Shown piece after piece: positions 8,508 to 17,477 of a DNA stretch of 32,000 bases. Source of the stretch: Candidatus Hadarchaeota archaeon (lineage in GTDB: Archaea; Hadarchaeota; Hadarchaeia; Hadarchaeales; Hadarchaeaceae); NCBI GenBank assembly GCA_964514965.1, contig CAZETV010000001.1, positions 723,063 through 755,062 of the forward strand, given 5' to 3'. The notes below the pieces were generated by a model. It saw only the letters and a program-made list of their open reading frames with translations. It had not been told where the DNA came from and did no database searches. The first letter of the stretch is position 1, and every line of letters starts with the position of its first letter. The translations under genes were made by a program, and so were the position numbers.

Positions 8508-9659
8508 TCACTGTGCCCTCTCGAGATAATTCTTGTAACTCCGCTCAACTTTTTTTGCTATAATATTGAAATCAAAAATTTTTTCGCTTCTCTCTCTCGC
8601 TTTTTTCGACAACCTTTTTCTAAGTTTTTCGTCATCAATCAATTTATTCGTCGCCTCTGCTATTTGCTCGGGGCTGCGGGGTTCAACAAGCAAACCACAA
8701 TCAGAAACTACCTCTGGGATACCGCCGACTTTTGTGGAGATGATTGGATTTTCACACGCCATCGCCTCAAGCAAAACGATCCCAAACGGTTCCCATAATG
8801 AAGGCAAAATGGAGAAATCACTCGCGGAATAATATTCTATCAATTTTCTCATGGGTATGGGATGAGACACAAAAATAACCCTTTTTTCGACCTCGGATTT
8901 ATTTGCTAACGCTTTCAAACTCTCTAGTTCTGGTCCCCTACCTATTACCACCGCCTTAAAATCGCGTTTGATTTTCTTTACGGCTTTTATCAAGTATTCG
9001 ACTCCTTTTTGGGGGACAAGCCTACAAACAGTCGTGGAGAGAAACTCGCAACCGAACTCGTCCTTTAAATCTGTTTTGATTTTCTTGAATTTTTTTGTGT
9101 CGACTCCGTTGAAAATTATCTCTGTCCGCTCGCGGGAATAATCTTTCGGAACCGTGGCTTCTAAAGTCCATTTACTGTTTGCAATAATTTTATCTGCCCG
9201 CCTCATCACCCTGTTACCCACCAAATCGTCGAAAAGTTGCCCTGCTCTATCGATCTCCTTGCTTATCCCAACTGTACGAGCATTATGCAGCGTGAGGAAA
9301 AGCGGCTTTTCTAAAAATTTTTTCCATGTAGCTACCGATGAAAAGCTTAGGAAAAATCGGTTGTGCAAGTGGATAATATCAGGATTTTCTTTTCTACACA
9401 CTTTGAAAAAATTATGGGGGAAAAAGGATGGGATAGAGTATGGGGGCGGGAGAAAAGCTGGGAGTTTTCTAAGGATAAGGGCCCTCATTCTGTATACTTT
9501 TGTTCCCACCACCACTTCCTCTCTCTTTGTCCCGGGCAACCTAGAAGTGATGATGCTCATAGAATTATCCTTTGATAAACGCTTACATAATTCAAATATG
9601 TAATTCTCCGTGCCGCCTAGGTAGGGGGAGAAAAATGGATTTACGTGCAGAATTCTCAT
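8508..9659 (-). CDS. Glycosyltransferase family 4
   Basis: MRILHVNPFFSPYLGGTENYI N-terminus and C-terminal PSLWEPFGIVLLEAMACENPIISTKVGGIPEVV motif. Confidence 0.85.
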   Translation of the reverse strand: MRILHVNPFFSPYLGGTENYIFELCKRLSKDNSMSIITSRLPGTKREEVVVGTKVYRMRALILRKLPAFLPPPYSIPSFFPHNFFKVCRKENPDIIHLHNRFFLSFSSVATWKKFLEKPLFLTLHNARTVGISKEIDRAGQLFDDLVGNRVMRRADKIIANSKWTLEATVPKDYSRERTEIIFNGVDTKKFKKIKTDLKDEFGCEFLSTTVCRLVPQKGVEYLIKAVKKIKRDFKAVVIGRGPELESLKALANKSEVEKRVIFVSHPIPMRKLIEYYSASDFSILPSLWEPFGIVLLEAMACENPIISTKVGGIPEVVSDCGLLVEPRSPEQIAEATNKLIDDEKLRKRLSKKARERSEKIFDFNIIAKKVERSYKNYLERAQ

Positions 9660-9727
9660 TTAGATCTCCAGAACTCTCTCAGGGGCTACATTTAAAACGT
9701 TCTAATAAAATCTCGATTGGGTAATAC

Positions 9728-9919
9728 ATGAGGGTGAACTTAAAAAAATGGATTCGGGCAAACTGGGCGTATGTAACTATCTGGATCTCTATGGGCCTCA
9801 TCGTGCTGGGATTAGTCATCTATGAACTGGGAGTCTATACACTTGCCGTAATTATACCATTTCTTTCCCTATTCCTCATCGCCATGGCTAGAATGGTGCA
9901 GGAGCTGAGAAAATGCTGA
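9728..9919 (+). CDS. Small hypothetical membrane protein (2 TM)
   Basis: 63-aa ORF with two hydrophobic helices. Its stop overlaps the next ATG (ATGCTGA), suggesting translational coupling. Confidence 0.45.
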   Translation: MRVNLKKWIRANWAYVTIWISMGLIVLGLVIYELGVYTLAVIIPFLSLFLIAMARMVQELRKC

Positions 9920-10407
9920 TTGCCCACGCGACTATCCCGCTTATCCTCTACGGGCTATTCCCAAACCACATAAACCTACTCGCACTGCTTCTTGGCAGCG
10001 GGGCGCCTAACTTCGACGTTCTTCCAACTTTGCTTAGGAAAAAAACGCCGAAAAACGCCTTGGCTGAATTTCATGCCGCAAGCGTCCTCCACACACCGTT
10101 TTTTTACCTGATACTTCTCCCGCTTGTGTACGCCCTACTCTACTTTTTTACGGTCGCTAACAGTTTAACCATTGCAATATCATTCTCGTTAGGAGGCATC
10201 TTGCACATCTTGATGGAGTGCTTCGACAAAAAGGGCAGGCTGTTACTTTACCCCTTTAGCAAAAAATTCTATGGGGTTCCTATATTACCATATGATTTCT
10301 GGACCTACCTGACAAGCAAAAAAATACTGGCCGTTGAAGGATTGTTCTTCGTTATATCGTGCATCGTGTTAGCTTTACGATGGGCGGGAATATATGCGGG
10401 ATTTTAA
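9913..10407 (+). CDS. Membrane-bound metal-dependent hydrolase-like protein (YdjM/DUF457-like)
   Basis: Multi-TM 164-aa ORF. The N-terminal MLIAHATIPL histidine and the GGILHILMECFDKKGRLLLYPFSKKF motif resemble the H..D...G..L.YPFS signature of YdjM-type proteins. Confidence 0.5.
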   Translation: MLIAHATIPLILYGLFPNHINLLALLLGSGAPNFDVLPTLLRKKTPKNALAEFHAASVLHTPFFYLILLPLVYALLYFFTVANSLTIAISFSLGGILHILMECFDKKGRLLLYPFSKKFYGVPILPYDFWTYLTSKKILAVEGLFFVISCIVLALRWAGIYAGF

Positions 10408-10441
10408 AGGATTGTTCTCTAAAGGATTATTCTCATGATAA

Positions 10442-11494
10442 TCACTTTGTCCAAACTCTAATACCCAAGTAGGATAGCGCGCCAGCTCCGATCGCTGTAC
10501 CGAAAACAAACGAAATCGCTCGCTCAACGGCCCACGCAGCGGCTGCGACTGGATAAAGCTGCGGCGGCATGAATTTCATGAAGATTAAAATCATGGCTAC
10601 ATCCACCGTACCAATTCCAGCGGGTAGAAGAGGAATCAAGCCTGCCATCCACGGTAACGTTGTGGCTAACACCAACATTGCCAAGGGTGGGGTATACCCG
10701 TACTCAAGAGCTTTGAAAATTACAAATAATCTTGTAATCCCGAATATCCATAAAATCGCCGAAAATACTACAACGTAACATGCTACTTTCCGACTGCTTA
10801 TAATACCCTCGGCATCTGCGTAGAACTTTTTGATTCCCTTAGTAATCCTTGCCTTATTTGCGGGTCTACGGAAAAAACCCATGATGCGCGCTACAAGCCC
10901 ACCAATGCGTGCCGCTGCCATCTTGCCGCGTAGAACGTACCAAAAAAGCAAACTCCAGCCTATAATGATAGCGGCCCATAACATCATGATTACCACCGCG
11001 GGCCAAATGGGCGTCCATTCAATAGACAGTAATAATCCGACCATCACAAATGAAAGGAAAACTGGAAAGTCCAATATAAACTCGCCTAACATCGTGGCAA
11101 AGCCAGATGAGTATGAAACTCGATGAGTTTTATTCAGCAAATATGCTCGCGCGACTGGGTCACCGCCAGAATATGTAAACGGTGTAACGTTGTTGATAAA
11201 AATCCCACCTAAAATCACCACGTAAAGGTTGCGCAGGCCAACGTGATGTCCAACTCTCGAAAGTGTCACATTCCAACGACCAGCCCAGAAGGTCACGCCG
11301 AAGAGGTAAACACCAAAAGCTAAAATCACTAATATTGGGTTGGCTCTGCTCAGGGTTTGCAACATCGCGTAGAGATCCTCACGTGCAAAAAGTAATGCTG
11401 CTATCGCAACTACCACGACAACGAAAATAGCGAGGAGTAGAGTCCTCCGGGTGGTATATTTCTTGGTTCGAGCCAATACAACCCTCCAGTCCAA
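10442..11494 (-). CDS. Flippase-like / lysylphosphatidylglycerol-synthase TM-region family membrane protein
   Basis: 350-aa polytopic ORF containing AGRWNVTL... and GGIFINNVTPFTYSGGDPVARAYLL, typical of the LPG_synthase_TM (UPF0104) family that often accompanies glycosyltransferases. TTG start. Confidence 0.7.
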   Translation of the reverse strand: MDWRVVLARTKKYTTRRTLLLAIFVVVVVAIAALLFAREDLYAMLQTLSRANPILVILAFGVYLFGVTFWAGRWNVTLSRVGHHVGLRNLYVVILGGIFINNVTPFTYSGGDPVARAYLLNKTHRVSYSSGFATMLGEFILDFPVFLSFVMVGLLLSIEWTPIWPAVVIMMLWAAIIIGWSLLFWYVLRGKMAAARIGGLVARIMGFFRRPANKARITKGIKKFYADAEGIISSRKVACYVVVFSAILWIFGITRLFVIFKALEYGYTPPLAMLVLATTLPWMAGLIPLLPAGIGTVDVAMILIFMKFMPPQLYPVAAAAWAVERAISFVFGTAIGAGALSYLGIRVWTK

Positions 11495-11549
11495 TCATCT
11501 CATAAAACGGTTTAAGTATTCCTAAATCGACTTAATCAAGGCGACCCGC

Positions 11550-11714
11550 ATGACAAAAAACACCATCGACCCCAAACTGCTAAAAATCTTGGCGTGCCCA
11601 ATCTGCAAGCGCGATGTTGAACTCAAATGTAACGATCTGGTTTGTGTTAGTTGTAAGAAACGCTACCCTATCGTGAACGGAATTCCTAATCTTCTACCCG
11701 ATGAATTACGGTGA
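11550..11714 (+). CDS. trm112: Trm112 family zinc-ribbon protein (methyltransferase activator)
   Basis: Below the ORF-track size cut-off. Reads MTKNTIDPKLLKILACPICKRDVELKCNDLVCVSCKKRYPIVNGIPNLLPDELR, i.e. LL.ILACP.C...L.....L.C..C...YPI.NGIP.LL, the Trm112/UPF0434 signature. ATG at 11550, TGA at 11712-11714. Confidence 0.85.
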   Translation: MTKNTIDPKLLKILACPICKRDVELKCNDLVCVSCKKRYPIVNGIPNLLPDELR

Positions 11715-12131
11715 TGCTACCTCTATCATCACACTCACGCTCATTGGGGATTGCAGCTTACTCACGAAACTCCTAGAAAGACCCGCTGCTGCTTTGTCTG
11801 CCCTAATCGCGAGAGTGCGCCCACAAATGAATTTACTTTTTCTGACCACTAAATCGGTAGGATGTTCTAAAGTCAATGAAGGATGCCCAAAAGCGTGAAC
11901 TTTCTCCACGCCACCACCAGATTCAATTACAATGGTAACCGCCGCGCCCGACCTAATAGCTTTTTTAAACTCATCGCTGAACTCGATAGCCCCCTTGCTC
12001 GCCGCAACCGCGATTATGCAATCCCCTCCAGGACCAACTTCACTATCCTTCGTGATCATCAATGTTGTTGGATGCCTTGCCGTAATCAGTGGGTGGCCCT
12101 TAGCCGTGATGACCTCAACGATTTTCCCCAT
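11706..12131 (-). CDS. DUF371 domain protein (conserved archaeal, function unknown)
   Basis: MGKIVEVITAKGHPLITARHPTTLMITKDSEVGPGGDCIIAVAA matches my recollection of the DUF371 family pattern (GHPNI.A.H.TT.E.TKD..L...GDCI). 141 aa. Confidence 0.6.
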   Translation of the reverse strand: MGKIVEVITAKGHPLITARHPTTLMITKDSEVGPGGDCIIAVAASKGAIEFSDEFKKAIRSGAAVTIVIESGGGVEKVHAFGHPSLTLEHPTDLVVRKSKFICGRTLAIRADKAAAGLSRSFVSKLQSPMSVSVMIEVASP

Positions 12132-12183
12132 TTTTTCCCCCTCATCCCCTTAAGCTTAAAGAGAAATAACTTATTTTGGTTGT

Positions 12184-12843
12184 ATGCACGAGCGGGAGCG
12201 CGAGGAGTTAATTGAGCGCCTTGTCCGATGGGGCTACTTAAGCAAACGAGATATCATCAACGCTTTCAAAAAAGTACCACGCCATGAATTTATCCCAAAA
12301 AACATTCGAAACTATGCCTATACCGACCAGCCGCTCTCGATAGGCCACGGGCAGACTATCTCGGCCCCCAGCATGATCGCCATCATGTTGGAATCGCTTG
12401 ACCTCAAGGTTGGGCAGAAGGTGCTGGAAGTGGGCACTGGCTCGGGATACAACGCTGCCCTCATCGCCGAGATTGTCGGGCACAAGGGGGAAGTCGTCTC
12501 GATAGAGCGAATTTACGAGCTAGCCGAGTTCGGGCGCGCGAACCTTGAGCGAACTGGATATGGTTGGGTTAATGTCATTGTTGGAGATGGAACATGCGGC
12601 TATGAAAAAGAGACCTCTTGGAACCGTATCCTCGTAACCGCTTGTACCCCAAATCTACCGGAGCCTCTTCTCAAGCAGTTGAAAGTCAGGGGGAAGCTTG
12701 GCGCACCGGTTGGCCAACACTACATGTCCCAGACTTGGATTGTTGCAGAGAAGCGTGCCAAGGAGGAGCTCAAAATTGAGGATCGAGGAGGATGCTCCTT
12801 TGTGCCGCTGGTTGGAAAGTATGGGTGGAAGGCTGAGGATTAA
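12184..12843 (+). CDS. pcm: Protein-L-isoaspartate O-methyltransferase
   Basis: VPRHEFIP, GHGQTISAPSMIA and the SAM-binding VLEVGTGSGYNAALIAE motif; 219 aa. Confidence 0.92.
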   Translation: MHEREREELIERLVRWGYLSKRDIINAFKKVPRHEFIPKNIRNYAYTDQPLSIGHGQTISAPSMIAIMLESLDLKVGQKVLEVGTGSGYNAALIAEIVGHKGEVVSIERIYELAEFGRANLERTGYGWVNVIVGDGTCGYEKETSWNRILVTACTPNLPEPLLKQLKVRGKLGAPVGQHYMSQTWIVAEKRAKEELKIEDRGGCSFVPLVGKYGWKAED

Positions 12844-13868
12844 CCAAACCACTTCTCAAGCGAAGCTTGTTCCCGCTCACGCTGCCCTTTGAGCAATCGA
12901 TCTATACCAGTCTGAACTCTTGACTCAGAAAAATCGTGCTCCCCGCACAAAAACTCTTTAATTCCTCCCAGGTCCGGGTCGCCCCATTTCAACTCATATT
13001 CAGCTGTGACGTTCGGCTTCAAGAAGATATCTCTCACCTCAAGCGGGTCAACCTCAAATTTTTCACCAAGTTCGGTTTTTACAAGTTGCTCGATGGAACC
13101 GTGCTCACGAACGAGTTCAAGTGCCTTCTTCGGCCCTATCCCTTTTATCCCCACATTGTAATCTGTCCCAACCAAAATGCCAATGCCCACCAGCTGTTCT
13201 TGGGTTACCCCGAGTTCGTTCAAGAGAGGTTGGAGTTCAATCACCTCAGGAAATACTTCGACGTATACGTCCTTTCCAGGCAGCTTCCGCCTGCCAGTGA
13301 TGGCCAAGTTACGCACGAGTATCGGGGCTCCAAATAGCAGGCTGTCGAAATCTTGGCTCGCAGCAGCCCAAACATCTTTTCTCTGGACGAGGTGCGCTGC
13401 TTGAGCCTCACCCTCCCCCGGCGCCTGAACCCAGGGAAGCCCCATATATCCCAGAAGTGTCTGCGCTTGTTTAATCATCTGCTCGTTCACTCGCCCTGCA
13501 CGCTGCGCAAACTTCTTGGCCTCTTTAATTTTGCCCTCCTTGAGCGCGGCTGCCCACTCCTTGGCCGCCTCTTTTCTCACCGCGCGACGCTGCTTGACAG
13601 TACGCAGCTTCAATTTAGGCGGTTCCCCGTCAAACACATACACCGGCTTGATCCCCGCCTCGACTAGATTTGCGGTTCGATAGAAGAGGCCAGAAAGATG
13701 GGAAGTTACTCTACCCTTAGAGTCTTTGAGAAGCTCCCCATCACGCTGCCTGATTATCGAGAGAAATTGATAAAGCGAATTCATTGCGTCAATCGCAATT
13801 ATCTTCCCGCGAAGTTGCTCGAACTCTACTTTTTGCTTAAGCACTATGTCGCCAAGCTGGACGCCCAC
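12840..13868 (-). CDS. fen: Flap endonuclease 1
   Basis: MGVQLGDIV...IAIDAMNSLYQFLSIIRQ.DG..L.D..GR.TSHLSGLFYRT and GEGEAQAA, SQDFDSLLFGAP, GTDYN motifs; 342 aa. GTG start at 13868. Confidence 0.95.
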   Translation of the reverse strand: MGVQLGDIVLKQKVEFEQLRGKIIAIDAMNSLYQFLSIIRQRDGELLKDSKGRVTSHLSGLFYRTANLVEAGIKPVYVFDGEPPKLKLRTVKQRRAVRKEAAKEWAAALKEGKIKEAKKFAQRAGRVNEQMIKQAQTLLGYMGLPWVQAPGEGEAQAAHLVQRKDVWAAASQDFDSLLFGAPILVRNLAITGRRKLPGKDVYVEVFPEVIELQPLLNELGVTQEQLVGIGILVGTDYNVGIKGIGPKKALELVREHGSIEQLVKTELGEKFEVDPLEVRDIFLKPNVTAEYELKWGDPDLGGIKEFLCGEHDFSESRVQTGIDRLLKGQREREQASLEKWFG

Positions 13869-13950
13869 CTCGACACCAATAATAAATCATCTTAAATGCA
13901 CTTAAACTTCTAAGAATGGATAAAAACTGGTTGAACGGTATTTTCATTGC

Positions 13951-14148
13951 TTACGCGGATTCGCCAGGTAATCTCCGCACAATGGTTATCGGAATCGCTT
14001 CCTTCTCGAACTCTAACAGAGCAATGTCAATGGGATTTCCCACGCCCTCAGGCACCTCGATGAGCACAGGTGCTCCCATTGATATTTGAAGAGCTCTGGC
14101 TCCTACGACTCTGGCCTTTTCAAAGCGGGTGTACTTTTTTGGGAAAAT
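13951..14148 (-). CDS. rpoK: DNA-directed RNA polymerase subunit K (Rpo6 / Rpb6 / omega homolog), probable ATT start
   Basis: Not in the ORF track. Minus-strand frame reads (I)[64 protein letters not shown]. The [18 protein letters not shown] core is the RpoK/Rpb6 signature. The frame is closed upstream by TAG (14154-14152). There is no ATG/GTG/TTG before the conserved motif. ATT at 14148-14146 lies 7 nt after GGAGG (14160-14156). Confidence 0.8.
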   Translation of the reverse strand: MFPKKYTRFEKARVVGARALQISMGAPVLIEVPEGVGNPIDIALLEFEKEAIPITIVRRLPGESA

Positions 14149-14161
14149 GGACTAGCCTCCA

Positions 14162-15814
14162 TTACATAGGCGGCATGCCACCCATTCCCATACCAGGTGC
14201 GGGTCCCGGTCCCATCTCTCCCTTCTCAAGTTTTCCAGCAGCGATAACATCATCAATCCTCAAGATCATCTCCGTCACTTCACTCGCAGATTTAATTGCT
14301 TGAGTCTTGATGCGAAGGGGTTCGACGATGCCCAATTTAAGAGTGTTTTTCACTTCCCCGCTTAGCACATCAATTCCGATATCTTTGCCGTCTTTTTTCT
14401 CGTGGGCCGCGCGCAGCTGTACCAGGATATCTATCGGATCCAACCCGGCATTTTCCGCCAGGGTTCGTGGGATAACCTCAATCGCGTCAGCAAATGCATT
14501 AATTGCAAGTGCCTCGCGTCCACTCACCGTGCCAGCGTACTCCCGCAGCCCCTTTGCTACCTCTATTTCCGGAGCACCTCCGCCCGCTACTATCTTGCCG
14601 TCCTCTACCGCAACCGAAACCACCGAAACAGCATCGTGCACTGCACGCTCGGCTTCATCAACAACATGCTCGGTGCCACCGCGCACTAACAGGCTTACAG
14701 CTTTCGGGTCTTTGCACCCCTCGATAAATATCATTTCTTCGCCCGCTATCTTGCGTTCCTCCACTTGTGCCGAGAACCCGAGGTCTTTAGCTGTCAGGTC
14801 TTTGATATTTGTGACTATTTTTCCACCGGTAGCACGTGCAAGCTTTTCTATGTCCGACTCCTTGACTCTCCTCACTGCCAAAATTCCCGCCTTCGCTAAG
14901 TAGTGCTGGGCGAGGTCATCAATGCCCTTTTGACAAAGCACGACGTTCGCTCCTGTTTTTTTAACTTGGTTCACCATCTCTTGAAGCATGCGCCGCTCTT
15001 CCTCAAGGAAGTCCCGGAGTTGCTCAGGGTCTGTTACATTTATCTTAGCACTAGTTTCTGTCTCTTTGACCTCTAGAGCTAGATTGAGGAGGGCTATTTT
15101 TGCCTTCTCAACACGCTTCGGCATGCCTGGGTGGACAATCTCCTTGTCGAGCACCAAGCCCTGAATGAGCTGAGAATCGGTTGAACCTCCCCCGCTCTTC
15201 TTCTCAATCTTGATGTTATCAATATCCGCTTCGAGATTGCCATCAGATTCTTCTACTATCTGCTTGACCGCTTTAACACAAAGTTCAGCGAGCTTTTCCC
15301 CTCGTATCTCAGAACCCTTGCCACTCATCGCGGTAATAGCTATCTCTCTCAATATCTTGTCTTCTCCTATTCGAACACTATTCGCTATTTTACCCAAAAT
15401 TTCATTTGCCTTATCGGCTGCTTTTCGGTATCCAGATGCGACGACCGTAGCGTGAATATCTTGATCAAGTAACTCCTCTGCCATTTTCAAAAGCTCTCCC
15501 GCAAGTATCACGGCCGTAGTTGTGCCATCACCCACTTCATCCTCTTGCGCCTTAGAGATCTCTACCATCATTTTCGCCGCGGGATGTTCAACATCCATCT
15601 CCTCCAGAATAGTCACGCCATCATTAGTTATCGTGACGTCACCCAAACTGTCGACGAGCATCTTGTCCATCCCACGCGGCCCCAAAGTGGTACGTACCGC
15701 CTGGGCGATTACCCGCGCGGCCATAATGTTCATACGCTGGGCATCCCGCCCTAGATAGCGCTGAACTTTCTCAGGCAAAACCAATATTTGTTGCCCACCT
15801 AACTGACTTGCCAT
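14162..15814 (-). CDS. ths: Thermosome subunit (group II chaperonin)
   Basis: 550 aa with [29 protein letters not shown] and a C-terminal GMGGMPPM tail, all typical of thermosomes. GGAGG lies 6 nt upstream of the ATG. Confidence 0.97.
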   Translation of the reverse strand: MASQLGGQQILVLPEKVQRYLGRDAQRMNIMAARVIAQAVRTTLGPRGMDKMLVDSLGDVTITNDGVTILEEMDVEHPAAKMMVEISKAQEDEVGDGTTTAVILAGELLKMAEELLDQDIHATVVASGYRKAADKANEILGKIANSVRIGEDKILREIAITAMSGKGSEIRGEKLAELCVKAVKQIVEESDGNLEADIDNIKIEKKSGGGSTDSQLIQGLVLDKEIVHPGMPKRVEKAKIALLNLALEVKETETSAKINVTDPEQLRDFLEEERRMLQEMVNQVKKTGANVVLCQKGIDDLAQHYLAKAGILAVRRVKESDIEKLARATGGKIVTNIKDLTAKDLGFSAQVEERKIAGEEMIFIEGCKDPKAVSLLVRGGTEHVVDEAERAVHDAVSVVSVAVEDGKIVAGGGAPEIEVAKGLREYAGTVSGREALAINAFADAIEVIPRTLAENAGLDPIDILVQLRAAHEKKDGKDIGIDVLSGEVKNTLKLGIVEPLRIKTQAIKSASEVTEMILRIDDVIAAGKLEKGEMGPGPAPGMGMGGMPPM

Positions 15815-15886
15815 AAAATCCCTCCTCTAAATCTATCTACTATATGATTTTCTACCTTACTCAAACGATTTCTCTGTATTAAAGCT

Positions 15887-17386
15887 TTACTTTGAGTCCT
15901 TTTTACTTAGCGAGGCCCCAAGCTTCCGCTCAACTTCCGGGCGATGAATGCTGTTGTATGCGCAAAATGGCATTATACGACCATCCGGTATCGCGTAATG
16001 AATCGCACACCGCTCCACCCTATCTAAATCAAAATTGTATGGGTCTTGGAAGTGCATGCACCCTATCATTAACGCTCGCTCGTGAAACTCCGACAGCGCG
16101 CCATAGCTCGCGGTGCTCAAAACTTTAAGCAGAATTTTTGGGAGATTTAACCCCTTTGATGCCTTCGACATGTTAATGGTGCTGGGCACTTCTCTAACAA
16201 TCTTTGCCAATACTCTAGCTTTAACCGCAAAACCTCCTTTCTTCAGCTCAGATGCATATTTATCGAGGAGCCCAAAGAGCTTCTCCACATCTACGAACCG
16301 CGTCACCGGGATTATGTTCCCGTTTTCGACAAAAACATAAGTCGCGGCACCGCAGTGCTCATGACAGGTGAATTTCACGAAGTTCTTGTTTACATATGTG
16401 CTGGCGAATCGTGAAATTGGCACAACGCAGGGCACGGGATAAAAGTCAGAGGGCTTGATCTGTCCATCCGTCTGCTGTTCAACTGCCTTCATAAAATCAG
16501 GAATGGTTATGCGCCACCGCTTGCGCTGCTTCTGCGAAATCCTGCCAGCGAAAGATACAGGCTGCACGTTCACGCAGCGCACGACATCTTTGTTTTCCGC
16601 AGCGAAGCGAATGATGTCCCCTAATTGGTCGTCGTTAACTCCCTTGACAAGCGTAACCACTAACACTATACTCGTGAGACCGGCCTTACGACAGTTCTCG
16701 ATCGCCTTAAACTTCAGGCCGAGAATGTCCGCACCTCTAGCTTTGACCGTCGCCTCGGGAGTCATTCCATCGAACTGCAGGTATACGGTGCTAACTCCCG
16801 CCTCATGCAGCCGCTTTATGAAATCTAAATCTTGGGCAAAGCGTATACCGTTGGTGTTAACCTCAATGTGCCAGAAACCTGCTTCCTTCGCCGCGCGAAC
16901 GATGTCGGGTAAGTCATTCCGGAGTGTGGGTTCTCCCCCTGATAACTGAATTGCTGGGGGGGGCGTTGGCTTATTAGCCTGCAGATTCTTCAACATCTCT
17001 TTTATTTGCTCAAATGTCGGCTCGTAGACGTAACCAGCTACAGCCGCATTTGCAAAGCATATCGGGCATCGCAAGTTACAACGATTGGTAACATCGATAA
17101 TGCTGAGAATAGTATGGGATTTATGGTTCGGACATATGCCACAATCGAACGGGCACCCCCGCCGCTCCTTCGTGCGCGGGTTCTCAATTCCATCGCCAAT
17201 CTCCGCGAACTTTTCAAACCTTTTGTAGATATCAACATCCGAAAAATAAATGTCCTCGAATTTACCGTGTTTAGGACACTTCTTCTTTATCAATACCTTG
17301 CCGTCCTCCTCGACCACTTCCGCCTCGATAACCTGAGTGCATTCGGGGCAAATGCTCTTAGTCTTTTTAAGCAATTTTACACTCAT
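15887..17386 (-). CDS. Radical SAM protein with N-terminal zinc-ribbon/rubredoxin-like knuckles; probable tetraether lipid synthase (Tes / GDGT-MAS, COG1964-type)
   Basis: CNLRCPICF (Cx3Cx2C radical SAM cluster motif), N-terminal CPEC...CPKHG, SGGEPTLR, ~500 aa. This architecture matches my recollection of the MJ0619-type enzymes. It is divergent from CDP-archaeol synthase. Radical SAM identity is firm; the Tes assignment is an inference. Confidence 0.7.
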   Translation of the reverse strand: MSVKLLKKTKSICPECTQVIEAEVVEEDGKVLIKKKCPKHGKFEDIYFSDVDIYKRFEKFAEIGDGIENPRTKERRGCPFDCGICPNHKSHTILSIIDVTNRCNLRCPICFANAAVAGYVYEPTFEQIKEMLKNLQANKPTPPPAIQLSGGEPTLRNDLPDIVRAAKEAGFWHIEVNTNGIRFAQDLDFIKRLHEAGVSTVYLQFDGMTPEATVKARGADILGLKFKAIENCRKAGLTSIVLVVTLVKGVNDDQLGDIIRFAAENKDVVRCVNVQPVSFAGRISQKQRKRWRITIPDFMKAVEQQTDGQIKPSDFYPVPCVVPISRFASTYVNKNFVKFTCHEHCGAATYVFVENGNIIPVTRFVDVEKLFGLLDKYASELKKGGFAVKARVLAKIVREVPSTINMSKASKGLNLPKILLKVLSTASYGALSEFHERALMIGCMHFQDPYNFDLDRVERCAIHYAIPDGRIMPFCAYNSIHRPEVERKLGASLSKKDSK

Positions 17387-17477
17387 TTAATCATTTACCC
17401 ATTGAAAGGTGAAATATTTAAATCATCGACATAAGTCTTAGCGACACAAGCCCCCTTGTGGGAGAGGTAATGAAAAG

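Noticed and set aside
14307-14903. 198-aa ORF on the + strand (and other + strand ORFs at 14070-15758)
   Set aside because: These are antisense to the thermosome gene. Their Ser/Pro/Ala/Thr-rich composition is typical of reverse-frame artefacts in GC-rich coding sequence.
16455-16949. 164-aa + strand ORF, and the G8 homopolymer at 16956-16963
   Set aside because: The ORF is antisense to the radical SAM gene. The G8 run encodes PPP in an intact frame of that gene, so there is no evidence of a frameshift.
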